Of a stretch of DNA of 64,000 nucleotides, positions 31,122 to 41,648 are shown one piece after another. Location of the stretch: positions 36,399 to 100,398 of the forward strand of contig JBGATO010000005.1 of the NCBI GenBank assembly GCA_044229145.1, written 5' to 3'. The notes beneath the pieces were generated by a model. That model worked only from the letters and a program-made list of their open reading frames with translations. It was not told the origin of the DNA and searched no databases. Made by a program: the position numbers and the translations under genes. This DNA is from Candidatus Eiseniibacteriota bacterium. Its GTDB lineage: Bacteria > Eisenbacteria > RBG-16-71-46 > CAZEPH01. Numbering within the stretch: position 1 is the first letter of the stretch; each line of letters begins with the position of its first letter.

Positions 31122-32258
31122 ATGCGGATGTGGATTTGCCTCGCCGTCGCCGCCGGCGCGTGTGCCCTGACAGCCGCCGGGTGCCAGGAGAAGCAAAAGC
31201 CGAAGGCACCCAAGGCCTCGGTGACGGTGGCGCGGGTGGCGCGCCGTGATGTGCCGGTGTCCGTGTCTTCCACCGGCACGGTGGAAGCGATCGCCAGCGC
31301 GACGGTCGCCGCGCGGGTGAGCGGCGTGGTCACGCGTGTCGCCTTCACCGAAGGCGCCGACGTCCGCGCCGGCGATGTCCTGTTCACGCTCGACGCGCGG
31401 CCCTTCCAGGCAGCGTACGAGCAGGCCAGCGCCACCTGGGCGAAGGACCGTGCGCAAGCCGCACTCGCCCGCGCGCAGGCCGAACGCGCCGAGGCAACGC
31501 AGTCGCTCACCGCACCAGCCGACCTCGACCAGGCACGCGCCACCGCCGCAATGTGGTCCGCGGCCGCGCGCGCCGACTCGGCCGCCGCCCACGCGGCCAA
31601 ATTGACGCTCGACTTCGCCACCGTACGCGCACCGATTGCGGGCCGTGCCAGCGAGGCGCGCGTGCATGAAGGCGATTACGTGCAGGCCGGGGGCGCGGCG
31701 CCACTGGTGAGCATCAACCGCATCGCGCCGATCCGCGTGCGTTTCACCGTTCCGGCCTCCGCGCTGCCGCACATCCTGCGCTACCGTCACGAGATGCCGC
31801 GCGTGTGGGTGACCATCCCCGGCGATACCACGCGGTTCGCCGGCACGCTGACCTTCGTCGACAATGCCGTCGACGAAACCTCCGGCACCGTCCTGCTCAA
31901 GGGCGAATTCGCCAACACCGGCGGCGCCCTCATCCCCGGCCAGTTCGTCGACGTGCGTCTCGATCTCACGGTCGAGCGGCAGGCCACGGTGGTGCCGCTG
32001 GTTGCGGTCTCGAACGGCCAATCGGGCACCTTCGTGTACGTGCTGCAGCCGGATTCCACCGTCACGCCGCGGCCGGTGGTGGTGACACGCACCGTGGACT
32101 CGCTCGCGGTGCTGGCCGACGGGCTGCACGAAGGCGACACCGTGATCACCGACGGCCAGATGCGTCTGGCGCCCGGCGCCAAGGTCGCGGTACGCGTGCC
32201 GAGTGCCGGCACGGGCGGGAAGGACGGTCGCCGCGGCGCGCCGGCGCACGGCCGATGA
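31122..32258 (+). CDS. RND efflux periplasmic adaptor (MdtA-like lipoprotein)
   Basis: AAGC lipobox, F.EG.DV.AGD.LF.LD.RP, VRAPIAGR, FVDNAVDETSGT. Confidence 0.93.
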   Translation: MRMWICLAVAAGACALTAAGCQEKQKPKAPKASVTVARVARRDVPVSVSSTGTVEAIASATVAARVSGVVTRVAFTEGADVRAGDVLFTLDARPFQAAYEQASATWAKDRAQAALARAQAERAEATQSLTAPADLDQARATAAMWSAAARADSAAAHAAKLTLDFATVRAPIAGRASEARVHEGDYVQAGGAAPLVSINRIAPIRVRFTVPASALPHILRYRHEMPRVWVTIPGDTTRFAGTLTFVDNAVDETSGTVLLKGEFANTGGALIPGQFVDVRLDLTVERQATVVPLVAVSNGQSGTFVYVLQPDSTVTPRPVVVTRTVDSLAVLADGLHEGDTVITDGQMRLAPGAKVAVRVPSAGTGGKDGRRGAPAHGR

Positions 32259-35200
32259 ATCTCTCCGCCCTGTGCATTCGCCGGCCGGTCGCCACCACGC
32301 TGGTGATGGCGGGCGTCCTGCTGTTCGGTCTCGCCAGCTACACGCAATTGCCGGTGAGCGACCTGCCGAACGTCGACTATCCGACGATCCAGGTGAACGC
32401 CAGCCTCCCGGGCGCCAGTCCGGAGACCATGGCCAGCGCGGTGGCCACACCGCTCGAGAAGCAGTTCACGACGATTGCCGGCCTCGATGCCATGACCTCC
32501 TCGAGTTCGCAGGGTTCGACCAACATCACGCTGCAGTTCGATCTCTCGCGCAACATCGACGCGGCGGCGCAGGATGTGCAATCGGCGATCGCCAAGACGC
32601 TGCGCTCATTGCCGACCGGCATCACGCCACCCTCGTACGGTAAGGTGAATCCCGCCGACCAGCCGATCCTCTTCCTGGTGCTGACGTCGAAGATGCTGTC
32701 GCTCGCCCAACTCGACGAATACGCCGAGAACGTGCTGGCGCAGCGTCTCTCGACGGTGCAGGGCGTCGCACAGGTGTCGGTGTTCGGCGCGCAGAAGTTC
32801 GCCGTGCGCGTGCAGCTCGACCCGCGCGCCCTCAACGCCCGCGGGATCGCGCTGTCGCAGATCGACGACGCGATCCGCGCCGCCAACGTCAACCTCCCCA
32901 CCGGCGTGCTGCAAGGCTACACCCGCAACGCGACGCTGCAGGCCAACGGGCAGTTGCATACGGCTGCCGAATTCGGCGACATCGTCGTGGCGATGCGGGA
33001 CGGCCGCCCGGTGCACCTGCGCGATCTCGGCACGGTGCGCGACGACGTGCAGAACAACCGCACCGCATCGTGGTTCAAAGGGCAGCGGAGCATCACGCTC
33101 GCGGTGCAGCGGCAGCCGGGTACCAACACGGTGGCGGTAGCCGCGGATGTGCGCGCGCTGCTGGCGCAGCTCAAGCCGCAACTGCCGGCCTCGGTCGACA
33201 TCCACACGCTGTACGACCGCAGCGAGTCGATCAAGCGCGCCGCCGACGACGTGCAGCACACGCTGCTCTTGACGCTGGCGCTGGTCGTGCTCGTGATCTT
33301 CCTGTTCCTGCGCAACCTGCCGGCCACCATCATCCCGAGCCTGTCGTTACCGCTCTCGATCGTCGGCACGTTCATGGTGATGCACCTGCTCGGCTACAGC
33401 CTCGACAATCTGTCCTTGATGGCGCTGACGCTGGCGGTCGGCTTCGTCGTCGACGACGCCATCGTGGTGCTCGAGAACATCCATCGCCACATGGAGAACG
33501 GCGTGCCGCCCTTCGAGGCGGCGCTGGTCGGCTCCCGCGAAATCGGCTTCACGATCGTGTCGATGACGCTCTCGCTGGTGGCGGTGTTCATCCCGGTACT
33601 GTTCATGGGCGGGTTGCTCGGGCGCTTGTTCCACGAATTCGCGGTAACCATCGGCGTGTCGATCTTGGTGTCGGGCGTGGTGTCCCTGACGCTCACGCCG
33701 ATGCTGTGCAGCCGCTTCCTGCGCGCCGAACACGCCACCCGCCACGGCGCCGCCTACCAGGCGATCGAGGCGTGTTATCAGACCGGCTTCCGCTTCTACG
33801 AGCGCACGCTGCATGCCGTGATGCGGCATCGACGTGCCACGCTGGTCGCGTCGCTCGCGCTGGCGGTGGCAACGGTCTGGATGTTCCGCGCCGCGCCCAA
33901 GGGGTTCCTCCCCACCGAGGACACCGGCCGCATCACCGCGAGCACCGAGACCATCGAAGGCACGTCCTTCGAGGAGATGGTGCGCCATCAGCAGAAGCTC
34001 GCGGCGATCGTCGAGAAGGATCCCAACGTCGAGTCGTTCATGTCCTCGGTGGCAAGCGGCGGCGGCGGCGGCAGCGGCTCCAGCAACACCGGCCGCTTCG
34101 TCATCCGTTTGAAGCCGCGCGACCAGCGCGCGCTGTCGGCCGATGAAGTGATCCGCGAGTTGCAACCCAAACTCGGCAAGGTGCCGGGCATCCGCGCGTT
34201 CCTGCAGAATCCGCCGCCGATCAACGTCGGCGGACGCCAGTCGAAGAGTCAGTACCAGTACACGCTCACCGGCCCCGATATCCAAGCGCTGTACGCCGGA
34301 GCGCTGGCGCTGGTGGCCAAGGCGCGCGACCTGCCGGAACTCGACGACGTCACCTCCGACCTGCAGATCTCGAATCCCCAGGTCAACGTCGCCATCGACC
34401 GGGCCCGCGCGGCGCAGCTCGGCGTGACGGTGGAAGAGATCGAGTCGACGCTCTACGACGCCTACGGCTCGCGCCAGGTCTCCACCATCTTCACGTCGAA
34501 CGATCAATACTGGGTGGTGCTGGAGATGCAGCCGGAGTTCCAGCGCGACATCGACGCGCTGCAACACCTGCGAGTGCCCGGACGCGGCGGTGCCTTGGTG
34601 CCGCTCGCTTCGGTGGCGACGGTGAGTCGCGGCGTCGGACCGCTCTCGGTCAATCACCTCGGGCAGGTGCCGGCCGTCACCGTATCGTTCAACTTGAGCC
34701 CCGGCACCGCTCTGGGAACCGGCATCGCGGCGCTCGAGAAGACGGCGCGTGAAACGCTGCCCTCGTCGATCACGACGACGTTCTTCGGCGCGGCGCAGGT
34801 CTTCCAAGACAGCCAGCAGGGCCTCTCGCTTCTGCTGTGGATGGCGGTGCTCGTCATCTACCTCGTGCTCGGCGTGCTGTACGAGAGTTTCATCCACCCG
34901 ATCACGATTCTGTCCGGCTTGCCGTTCGCCGCGTTCGGCGCGCTGCTCACGCTGTGGCTGTTCCACACCGACCTCGGTGTCTACGCCTACGTCGGCATCG
35001 TCATGCTGATCGGCCTGGTGAAGAAGAACGCGATCATGATGATCGACTTCGCCCTCGATGCCGAACGCACCGAAGGGAAGGCGCCCCGCGATGCCATCGT
35101 GGAGGCGTGCTTGATCCGTTTTCGCCCGATCATGATGACGACGATGGCCGCACTCATGGGCACGCTGCCGATCGCCATCGGGTTGGGTGCGGGGGCGGAA

Positions 35201-35335
35201 TCGCGGCGGCCGCTCGGCCTCGCGGTGGTCGGCGGGTTGGTGTTCTCGCAGGCGCTGACGCTGTACGTGACGCCGGTGGTCTACACCTATCTGGACAAGC
35301 TCCAGACGAAAACGCGAAAGCCGGCGGTGGCGTAG
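32255..35335 (+). CDS. RND efflux permease (MdtB/MdtC-like)
   Basis: IRRPVATT, LPNVDYPTIQV, GFVVDDAIVVLENI, GLVKKNAIMMIDF, RFRPIMMTT. Confidence 0.96.
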   Translation: MNLSALCIRRPVATTLVMAGVLLFGLASYTQLPVSDLPNVDYPTIQVNASLPGASPETMASAVATPLEKQFTTIAGLDAMTSSSSQGSTNITLQFDLSRNIDAAAQDVQSAIAKTLRSLPTGITPPSYGKVNPADQPILFLVLTSKMLSLAQLDEYAENVLAQRLSTVQGVAQVSVFGAQKFAVRVQLDPRALNARGIALSQIDDAIRAANVNLPTGVLQGYTRNATLQANGQLHTAAEFGDIVVAMRDGRPVHLRDLGTVRDDVQNNRTASWFKGQRSITLAVQRQPGTNTVAVAADVRALLAQLKPQLPASVDIHTLYDRSESIKRAADDVQHTLLLTLALVVLVIFLFLRNLPATIIPSLSLPLSIVGTFMVMHLLGYSLDNLSLMALTLAVGFVVDDAIVVLENIHRHMENGVPPFEAALVGSREIGFTIVSMTLSLVAVFIPVLFMGGLLGRLFHEFAVTIGVSILVSGVVSLTLTPMLCSRFLRAEHATRHGAAYQAIEACYQTGFRFYERTLHAVMRHRRATLVASLALAVATVWMFRAAPKGFLPTEDTGRITASTETIEGTSFEEMVRHQQKLAAIVEKDPNVESFMSSVASGGGGGSGSSNTGRFVIRLKPRDQRALSADEVIRELQPKLGKVPGIRAFLQNPPPINVGGRQSKSQYQYTLTGPDIQALYAGALALVAKARDLPELDDVTSDLQISNPQVNVAIDRARAAQLGVTVEEIESTLYDAYGSRQVSTIFTSNDQYWVVLEMQPEFQRDIDALQHLRVPGRGGALVPLASVATVSRGVGPLSVNHLGQVPAVTVSFNLSPGTALGTGIAALEKTARETLPSSITTTFFGAAQVFQDSQQGLSLLLWMAVLVIYLVLGVLYESFIHPITILSGLPFAAFGALLTLWLFHTDLGVYAYVGIVMLIGLVKKNAIMMIDFALDAERTEGKAPRDAIVEACLIRFRPIMMTTMAALMGTLPIAIGLGAGAESRRPLGLAVVGGLVFSQALTLYVTPVVYTYLDKLQTKTRKPAVA

Positions 35336-35364
35336 GCGCCGCCGCCGGCTCACCGCACGGTGCG

Positions 35365-36795
35365 TCAGTCGCCGAGGCGCTCCGGCATCTCCGCGAGCGA
35401 CCACACCATCGCCGCCATCGCCGCGACGTTCTTGCGCAGTTCGACGGGATCGACTTTGTCCGGCGTGTCGGCCGGCGTGTGGTGCCAGTCGAAGTAGTGT
35501 TCCATCGTGGTGCGGTGCGCGACGCCCGGAATGCCGCGGGCCATGAGCGGGCCGGTGTCGGTGTCGCCGCCTTGGTCCACCATCTGGTCGGCGCCGAGCC
35601 CCGCGAACAGCGGCCGCAGTGCCTGGATGCGTGCCAGGGCCCGCGCCGTCCGCACGCTGTCCACCGCCTCGCCGCCGGGCGTGTTGACGGTGACGCCGAA
35701 ACCCGTCGGCCGCTCCACCCCGCCGTCCGACTCCATCGCCGCGACGTGGAGTTCGCCCTTCGCGAAAGCTGAATCCGCATAGGCGTGGGCGCCGCGGGTG
35801 CCGTTCTCCTCGTTGACCCACAACACCACCCGCACGGTGCGCCGCGGGCGCAGGCCGAGCGCGCGGATCAGCCGTGCGGCTTCCATCGAGATGATGCAGC
35901 CGCCGCCGTCGTCGTGCGCGCCGGCGCCGACGTCCCACGAGTCGAGATGCCCGCCCACTGCGACGATCTCTTCGGGATGCTCGCGACCGCGCAGCTCGCC
36001 GATCACGTTCGCCGACCGCACGTCCGGGAGTTTGCGCGCCGACATCTCGAGATGCACCGTGGGGTGCTGCCCGCGATCGCACAGGCGGTGCAGCATCGTC
36101 GCGTCCTCGATGGTGATGGCGGCGGCCGGGATCGCCGGGATGCTGTCGACGTACGGGCGCATCTGTCCGGTGTGCGGCGTGCGCAGCGACACCGGTCCGA
36201 CGGAGCGGAGGAGCATCGCGACGGCGCCACGGCGCGACGCGGCGTTCGCGCCGAGACCGCGATAGCGCACCGTCTGCCCGTACGAGATGTACGGCACGTC
36301 GAAGAGCACGATCTTGCCGCGCACCGCGCTGTCCGGCAGCGAGTCGAGGTGGGCGAAGGAGCGCACCGTCACTACTTCCGCGGTGATGCCGCCTTTCGGC
36401 GTCGCGATGCTGCCGCCGAGACCGAGCATCGACAGCGGTTGCGCGCGCGGCGTCACCAGTGCGGCGTGCTCGGCGCCGCGCTCCCAATGCGGCACCATGA
36501 CCGGCTGGAGCCATACCGAATCGAGGCCGTCGGCGCGCATGCTGGCGGCTCCCCACTCCGCCGCCCGCTCGAAGGCGGCCGATCCCGAAAGCCGGTGGCC
36601 GATGCCGTCGCACAGTTCCGAGAGGCGAGTTTGCGCGCGGTCCGACGCCAGCGCCGCGCCGATCAACCGCTCGGCGCCGTCGCGTACGGCGTCGGTGTTG
36701 GATGCAGCATCGACGGCCAGCGCGGGTGCGGCCGCCATCACGCACAGCAGCGCGGCGAGCGCCGCGCCGCGCCACATCGTCTCGCATCGGATCAT
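35365..36795 (-). CDS. Secreted M28 peptidase (carboxypeptidase Q-like)
   Basis: IGHRLSGS, PA domain, GGHLDSWD, GAHDDGGG, NEENG, ESDGG, WHHT.ADT. Confidence 0.93.
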   Translation of the reverse strand: MIRCETMWRGAALAALLCVMAAAPALAVDAASNTDAVRDGAERLIGAALASDRAQTRLSELCDGIGHRLSGSAAFERAAEWGAASMRADGLDSVWLQPVMVPHWERGAEHAALVTPRAQPLSMLGLGGSIATPKGGITAEVVTVRSFAHLDSLPDSAVRGKIVLFDVPYISYGQTVRYRGLGANAASRRGAVAMLLRSVGPVSLRTPHTGQMRPYVDSIPAIPAAAITIEDATMLHRLCDRGQHPTVHLEMSARKLPDVRSANVIGELRGREHPEEIVAVGGHLDSWDVGAGAHDDGGGCIISMEAARLIRALGLRPRRTVRVVLWVNEENGTRGAHAYADSAFAKGELHVAAMESDGGVERPTGFGVTVNTPGGEAVDSVRTARALARIQALRPLFAGLGADQMVDQGGDTDTGPLMARGIPGVAHRTTMEHYFDWHHTPADTPDKVDPVELRKNVAAMAAMVWSLAEMPERLGD

Positions 36796-37135
36796 GGACT
36801 CGCGGCCTCCTGGCTGTCGGGGTTCGTGGGGCGAAGCGGGCAGTGTCGCGGATCGTCGCGGGACGGTCAACCGCGGCGCCGCCGCATGCGGATCGCATGC
36901 GCGGACCGCGGCCGAGTGCGCGAGTTGCACGCCGCACGCTCTCGGCCCGCCACCCTCACGCGCCGCGGAAAACCGCACATCCGCCGCCGGGACGTCACTT
37001 AGGGCTCATCCGCACGGCGACGCCGTGGTCCGGCCCGCCGCTTGCGCTCCTTCGCCGCGTCGATGCCGCCCCAGCATCCACCGTCCACGCGGCGCTGGGC
37101 CGCGCTTTCGCCGAACCCGCAGGAGAAATCCCTCG

Positions 37136-38851
37136 ATGTCGCCTCGCGCTCGCCTTGCCGTGCTCACGCTGACTTCCACGCTCGCCGTCAGCGCCGTGCC
37201 GTCGTTCGCCACCGCTCGCCAGGCCACCGGCTCGGCGACCCCGCATTACTCGCCGTTCGGTTTGAGCGAGTTGCACACCACGTCGAACAACACCGACACC
37301 CTGCAGACGAATCCCTTGTGCGCCGGCTGGACCTGGCACCACGTCTACCCTCTGGCGAAGGACAGCAAGGGCAAGGACTGGCGGCTCAACACCGACAACC
37401 TCCTGCTCGTCACGCAGGCCACCGGCCTGGAGCTCGTGCTCACGCTGTGGTCGGCGAAGACCTACAACGGCAAGTCGTACTTCCCCACCGACACCACCGC
37501 ATGGAAAGACTCGGTGAGCGCGGTGGTCGAACGCTACGACGGCGACGGCACCAAGGACTATTCGAAGCTGACCATGCCGGTGAAGTACTGGCACGTCGAG
37601 GAAGAGCTGTCGTGGTGGGGCAGCACGTGGACGCAGTACTCGCAATACCTCGGCCTCACCCGCCGCGCCATTCTCGCCGCCGACCCGACGGCCAAAGTGA
37701 TTTGCGCCGGCCTCGACTCGAACCAACTGTGGGGCTGCGGCGCCCGCGCCGGCTACATCAAGCTGCCCGCCTCGACGACGCTCACCTACTCGCGCACCGC
37801 GCTGGATCGCTACGAAGCGAAGATCGACACCGTCTTGAAGGGCGGATTCTACGACATCGTCGACATGCACTCCTACGAGCAGGCGTCGATCCTCAAGGGC
37901 AAGTGCGATTACGTCCGCAGCCACATGTACAATCCCTCCTTGCCGATCTGGTCGATCGAGGCCGGCGCGCCGTTCTACTCGCGCGCGCAGGGCTACACCG
38001 ACACCTTGCAGGCACAGATGGTGGTGCGCGGATTCTGCGAAGCGCTGGCTGTCGGCATGCCGCGGTACACCACGGTGCTCTACCAGTATCCCACCAACTC
38101 CGCGTGGAACAGCGAGCCGTGGACGAACCTGTCGATCCTCGGCGGCCAGACGGCGTTCACGTACAAGCCCGCCTACTACACCTATCAGCAGATGACCCAG
38201 ATGCTCGGCGGCTACACCAGCGTCAGCGATCTCACGCAGCGCACGTCCACCGAGGATCGCGATGTCTTCCATGTCCGCTTCGTGAAGAATGGCGCGCCCA
38301 TCGACATCTACTGGTGCGATCGCGACACCGTCTTCGCGGTGCCGGTCACCGCGACGGCGGCTCGTATCACGCACATCCTCACGGTCGCCGGACAAACCGT
38401 CGCGAACGCGCGCATCGAAACGCGCAATGCGGTGAACGGCGTCGTCACCCTGACCATCGGGCGGGACCCGGTCTATGTCGAATCGACCAGCGACGGGTCG
38501 CTGCCGGCCGGCAGTGGCAAGGGTGACGTGTCGGATCAGTCGATCGCCCAGACGCCGAACGCGCACGCCGGCGCACCGCTGGAGCCGGCGCGACTCGACG
38601 CGGGAATGCAGCCGTCGCGCGGCCCGGTGACGCTGCGCCTCCGCGGCAGCCTGACCGAGTGGAGCGACGCGGTGACCGTGCGCGCCTTCGCCGCGGACGG
38701 CCGTGCGGTGGCGACGCTCTCGACCACCCGCGCGGCGCTCCAGGCCGGCGTCATGTGGGGCGAGTCGCTCCGGGCACCCGGGATCTACTGGCTCGACGTC
38801 CGCGACGCGCACGCACACCGACTCACCGCCAAACTCGTGCGACTCCCCTAG
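37136..38851 (+). CDS. Secreted clan GH-A-like glycoside hydrolase fold with T9SS-like C-terminal domain
   Basis: Signal peptide, VVERYDGDG, YWHVEEE, YDIVDMHSY, PIWSIEAG, YKPAYY; tail FAADGRAV..PGIYWL. Confidence 0.7.
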   Translation: MSPRARLAVLTLTSTLAVSAVPSFATARQATGSATPHYSPFGLSELHTTSNNTDTLQTNPLCAGWTWHHVYPLAKDSKGKDWRLNTDNLLLVTQATGLELVLTLWSAKTYNGKSYFPTDTTAWKDSVSAVVERYDGDGTKDYSKLTMPVKYWHVEEELSWWGSTWTQYSQYLGLTRRAILAADPTAKVICAGLDSNQLWGCGARAGYIKLPASTTLTYSRTALDRYEAKIDTVLKGGFYDIVDMHSYEQASILKGKCDYVRSHMYNPSLPIWSIEAGAPFYSRAQGYTDTLQAQMVVRGFCEALAVGMPRYTTVLYQYPTNSAWNSEPWTNLSILGGQTAFTYKPAYYTYQQMTQMLGGYTSVSDLTQRTSTEDRDVFHVRFVKNGAPIDIYWCDRDTVFAVPVTATAARITHILTVAGQTVANARIETRNAVNGVVTLTIGRDPVYVESTSDGSLPAGSGKGDVSDQSIAQTPNAHAGAPLEPARLDAGMQPSRGPVTLRLRGSLTEWSDAVTVRAFAADGRAVATLSTTRAALQAGVMWGESLRAPGIYWLDVRDAHAHRLTAKLVRLP

Positions 38852-38903
38852 GGCGCGATCCCCGGTGGCGCCGCGGGGCGCCGCCGGGTAGTATTCAGCC
38901 CCT

Positions 38904-40223
38904 ATGTCGCTACCCGAGCTCGTTCAGCGCGCCGGCGTCGTCGGCGCCGGTGGCGGCGGCTTCCCGACCCACGTGAAGATCGCCGCGCACGCAGACACCA
39001 TCATCGCCAACGGCGCCGAGTGCGAGCCGCTGCTCCACAAGGACGCCGCCGTCATGGAGCGCCACGCCGCCGACCTCGTCGCCGGCATGCAGCTGGTCAT
39101 GCAGGCGACCGGCGCCGCGCGCGGCGTCATCGGCATCAAGGCGAAGAACGCCGCCGCGGTGGCGGCGTGCGAAGCCGCGTGCAAGAAGACGCCGGTCGTC
39201 GTCCACACCCTCGGCGACTATTACCCGGCCGGCGACGAATACGATCTCGTCTACGAGGTCACCGGGCGCTTGATCCCGCCGCAAGGACTGCCGCTGCACG
39301 TCGGCTGCATCGTGCAGAACGTCGAGACGCTGGTGAACGTCGCGCTGGCGGCGCGCGGGATTCCGGTCACGCTCAAGACACTGACCATCGCCGGCGCCGT
39401 GCAGCATCCGGTGACCGTCACGCTGCCGATCGGCACCGTGTGGCGCGATGCCCTCGACGCAGCCGGCGGCATCACCTGCGAGGATCCGGTGCTCTTGGTG
39501 GGCGGTGCCATGATGGGCGAAACGGTGACCAATCTCGAGACGCCGATCACCAAGACGACGGCCGGCGCCATCGTGCTGCCGCGGACGCACCGCCTCGCGG
39601 AGCGCAAGTTGACGCCGGCGCCGGCGCAGAACCGCATCGGCAAGTCGGCGTGCGATCAGTGCCGCTTCTGCACCGAGATGTGCCCGCGCTATCTCCTCGG
39701 CTATCCGGTCGAGCCGCACCAAGTGATGCGCAGCCTCGCCTTCACCGCCACCGACACCTCGTACTGGAACCAGTGGGCGTCGTTGTGTTGCGCCTGTGGG
39801 CTGTGCACGCTCTACGCCTGCCCGGAGCAGCTCTATCCGAAAGAAGCCTGCGATCAGTCCAAGGACGCGATGCGCGAGGCCGGCGAGAAATGGAGCGGGC
39901 CCGCCACGGTGACCCCGCACGCGATGCGTGACGGCCGCAAGGTGCCGGTCAAACAACTCATGAAGACGCTGGCGATCGCCGACTACGACAACCCCGCGCA
40001 CTGGCAGCCGACACACGTCGATCCGCGCGAACTGCGGCTGCGGCTCAAGCAGCACGCCGGCTCGCCGGTGGTGCCGTGCGTCAAGGCTGGCGAAACCGTG
40101 AGCGCGGGCCAAGTGCTCGGCGAGCCGCCCGCTGGCGCGCTCGGCGCAACGCTGCATGCGCCGTGCGACGCGACGGTCGCCGACATCGACTCCACCACCC
40201 TCACCCTGACGAGGCGCGCGTGA
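38904..40223 (+). CDS. pduS: PduS/RnfC-like flavo-FeS oxidoreductase
   Basis: AGVVGAGGGGFPTHVK, NGAECEPLL, YPAGDE, SLBB region, CDQCRFCTEMCP and CCACGLC...CP clusters, LKQHAG tail. Confidence 0.88.
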   Translation: MSLPELVQRAGVVGAGGGGFPTHVKIAAHADTIIANGAECEPLLHKDAAVMERHAADLVAGMQLVMQATGAARGVIGIKAKNAAAVAACEAACKKTPVVVHTLGDYYPAGDEYDLVYEVTGRLIPPQGLPLHVGCIVQNVETLVNVALAARGIPVTLKTLTIAGAVQHPVTVTLPIGTVWRDALDAAGGITCEDPVLLVGGAMMGETVTNLETPITKTTAGAIVLPRTHRLAERKLTPAPAQNRIGKSACDQCRFCTEMCPRYLLGYPVEPHQVMRSLAFTATDTSYWNQWASLCCACGLCTLYACPEQLYPKEACDQSKDAMREAGEKWSGPATVTPHAMRDGRKVPVKQLMKTLAIADYDNPAHWQPTHVDPRELRLRLKQHAGSPVVPCVKAGETVSAGQVLGEPPAGALGATLHAPCDATVADIDSTTLTLTRRA

Positions 40224-40780
40224 GTGCATCGCCCCTGAAGTCCATCGGCCTGGTCGAACTGTCCAGCGTCGCCGCCGGCTACCTCACCGCCGACGCCATG
40301 CTCAAGGCCGCCGAGGTGTCGCTCATCCTGTCGCGCAGCATCTGTTCCGGCAAATACATGGTCATGGTGGGCGGCAACGTCGCCGAAGTGCAGAGCGCGG
40401 TGGCGGCCGGCGCACGCGCGGCGAATGGCTGTCTCATCGACCAGTTCGTGATTCCGAACGTGCACCGCGATGTGTTCGCGGCGCTGGCGCGCACGCAATT
40501 GCCGCCGGTCGGCGACGCGCTTGGCATTCTCGAAGCGTTCAGCGTCGCGTCGCTCATCGAAGGCGCGGACGCGGCGGCGAAGGCCGCCACCGTGCAATTG
40601 ATCGAGATCCGGCTCGCCATGGCGCTCGGCGGCAAGGCGTTCGTGACGATGACAGGCGACGTCGCCGCGGTCACCGCGGCCGTCAACGCCGGCAAGGAAG
40701 TCATCGGATCGCGGGGACTGCTCGTCTACCACGTGGTCATCGCCCACCCGCACCCGGACGTGTATCGCGAGGTCGTCTGA
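40220..40780 (+). CDS. pduT: Tandem-domain bacterial microcompartment shell protein (PduT-like BMC-T)
   Basis: IGLVELSSVAAG...DAMLKAA, SICSGKY, second domain LGILE..AD.AAKAA.V..IEIRLA..LGGK; GTG overlaps the pduS stop. Confidence 0.88.
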   Translation: MSASPLKSIGLVELSSVAAGYLTADAMLKAAEVSLILSRSICSGKYMVMVGGNVAEVQSAVAAGARAANGCLIDQFVIPNVHRDVFAALARTQLPPVGDALGILEAFSVASLIEGADAAAKAATVQLIEIRLAMALGGKAFVTMTGDVAAVTAAVNAGKEVIGSRGLLVYHVVIAHPHPDVYREVV

Positions 40781-40800
40781 GCGCGGTGTGCGCAATGCAC

Positions 40801-40832
40801 ACGGCGGAGGCGTCGCGCGACGCCTCCGCCGT
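40801..40832. terminator. Perfect palindrome, bidirectional terminator candidate
   Basis: ACGGCGGAGGCGTCGCGCGACGCCTCCGCCGT between convergent genes. Confidence 0.7.
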
Positions 40833-40849
40833 TGCAATGCGTGGACGGC

Positions 40850-41440
40850 TTAGAAGTAGAAGTGGAAGCCGACCTTGGTGATGTCGAGCGCCTGCAGCGC
40901 GTTGATCGACGAATGCGAGTCGAGCGTGCCGGTCGTCATCTGGTTTGCGCTCACGCCCTTCGTCGACACGAACTCGAGGCCGTGGCCGACGCTGAGCGAG
41001 AAGTTCTCGGCCGGGAAGTACTCGACGCCGAGAATCGCGCTGACCCGGATCTCGCTCTCGGTCTTCTTGGTGTAGACAGAGGAACCGGCCGCCATGTTGT
41101 ACGTCGGGATCGCCTTGTAGAGCACGCCCGGACGCACGAAGAAGTGCGCGTTGCCCTTGGCGACGACGGTGTACGGGATGCCGGCTTCGAGGTGGAACTG
41201 CAGGTTCTTCTTGGCGTCGCCCACCGCGCTGGTGGTCGGGTCGTCACTGGCTTCGGCCTGGGCGAACCCGATGCCGAGGTCGAGACCGACCTTGTCGTTC
41301 AGCAGATAGCGGCCGCCCACGGGGGCCGCCGGGTTGAAGTAGCCGAGCGAAAACTTGCCCTTGCCGTCGGCGGCGAATGCCGACGTCGCCGACAACGTCG
41401 CCACCGCGACGACGGCGCCCCACACGATCTTGCGCAGCAT
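40850..41440 (-). CDS. Small outer-membrane beta-barrel protein
   Basis: Signal peptide (SAFA), alternating strands, LGVEYF, C-terminal GFHFYF. Confidence 0.8.
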   Translation of the reverse strand: MLRKIVWGAVVAVATLSATSAFAADGKGKFSLGYFNPAAPVGGRYLLNDKVGLDLGIGFAQAEASDDPTTSAVGDAKKNLQFHLEAGIPYTVVAKGNAHFFVRPGVLYKAIPTYNMAAGSSVYTKKTESEIRVSAILGVEYFPAENFSLSVGHGLEFVSTKGVSANQMTTGTLDSHSSINALQALDITKVGFHFYF

Positions 41441-41648
41441 GATGATCCTCCGTGGAATGAATGCCCCGGATCGAACGCGGGGCGTGTCGATGGCCGCGCC
41501 GCGGACGCGGCGCGGGGCGCGGACTGCGCCCGTCAACTCAAGGCCATCTGATGCGGGTTCCACGGGAGAGGTGCACGAAATCTGCGACAAAAGTGGAATG
41601 GACCACAGACGCCGGACCGGCGGGCGCCGGTCCAGCGTCCGTGCCTGC

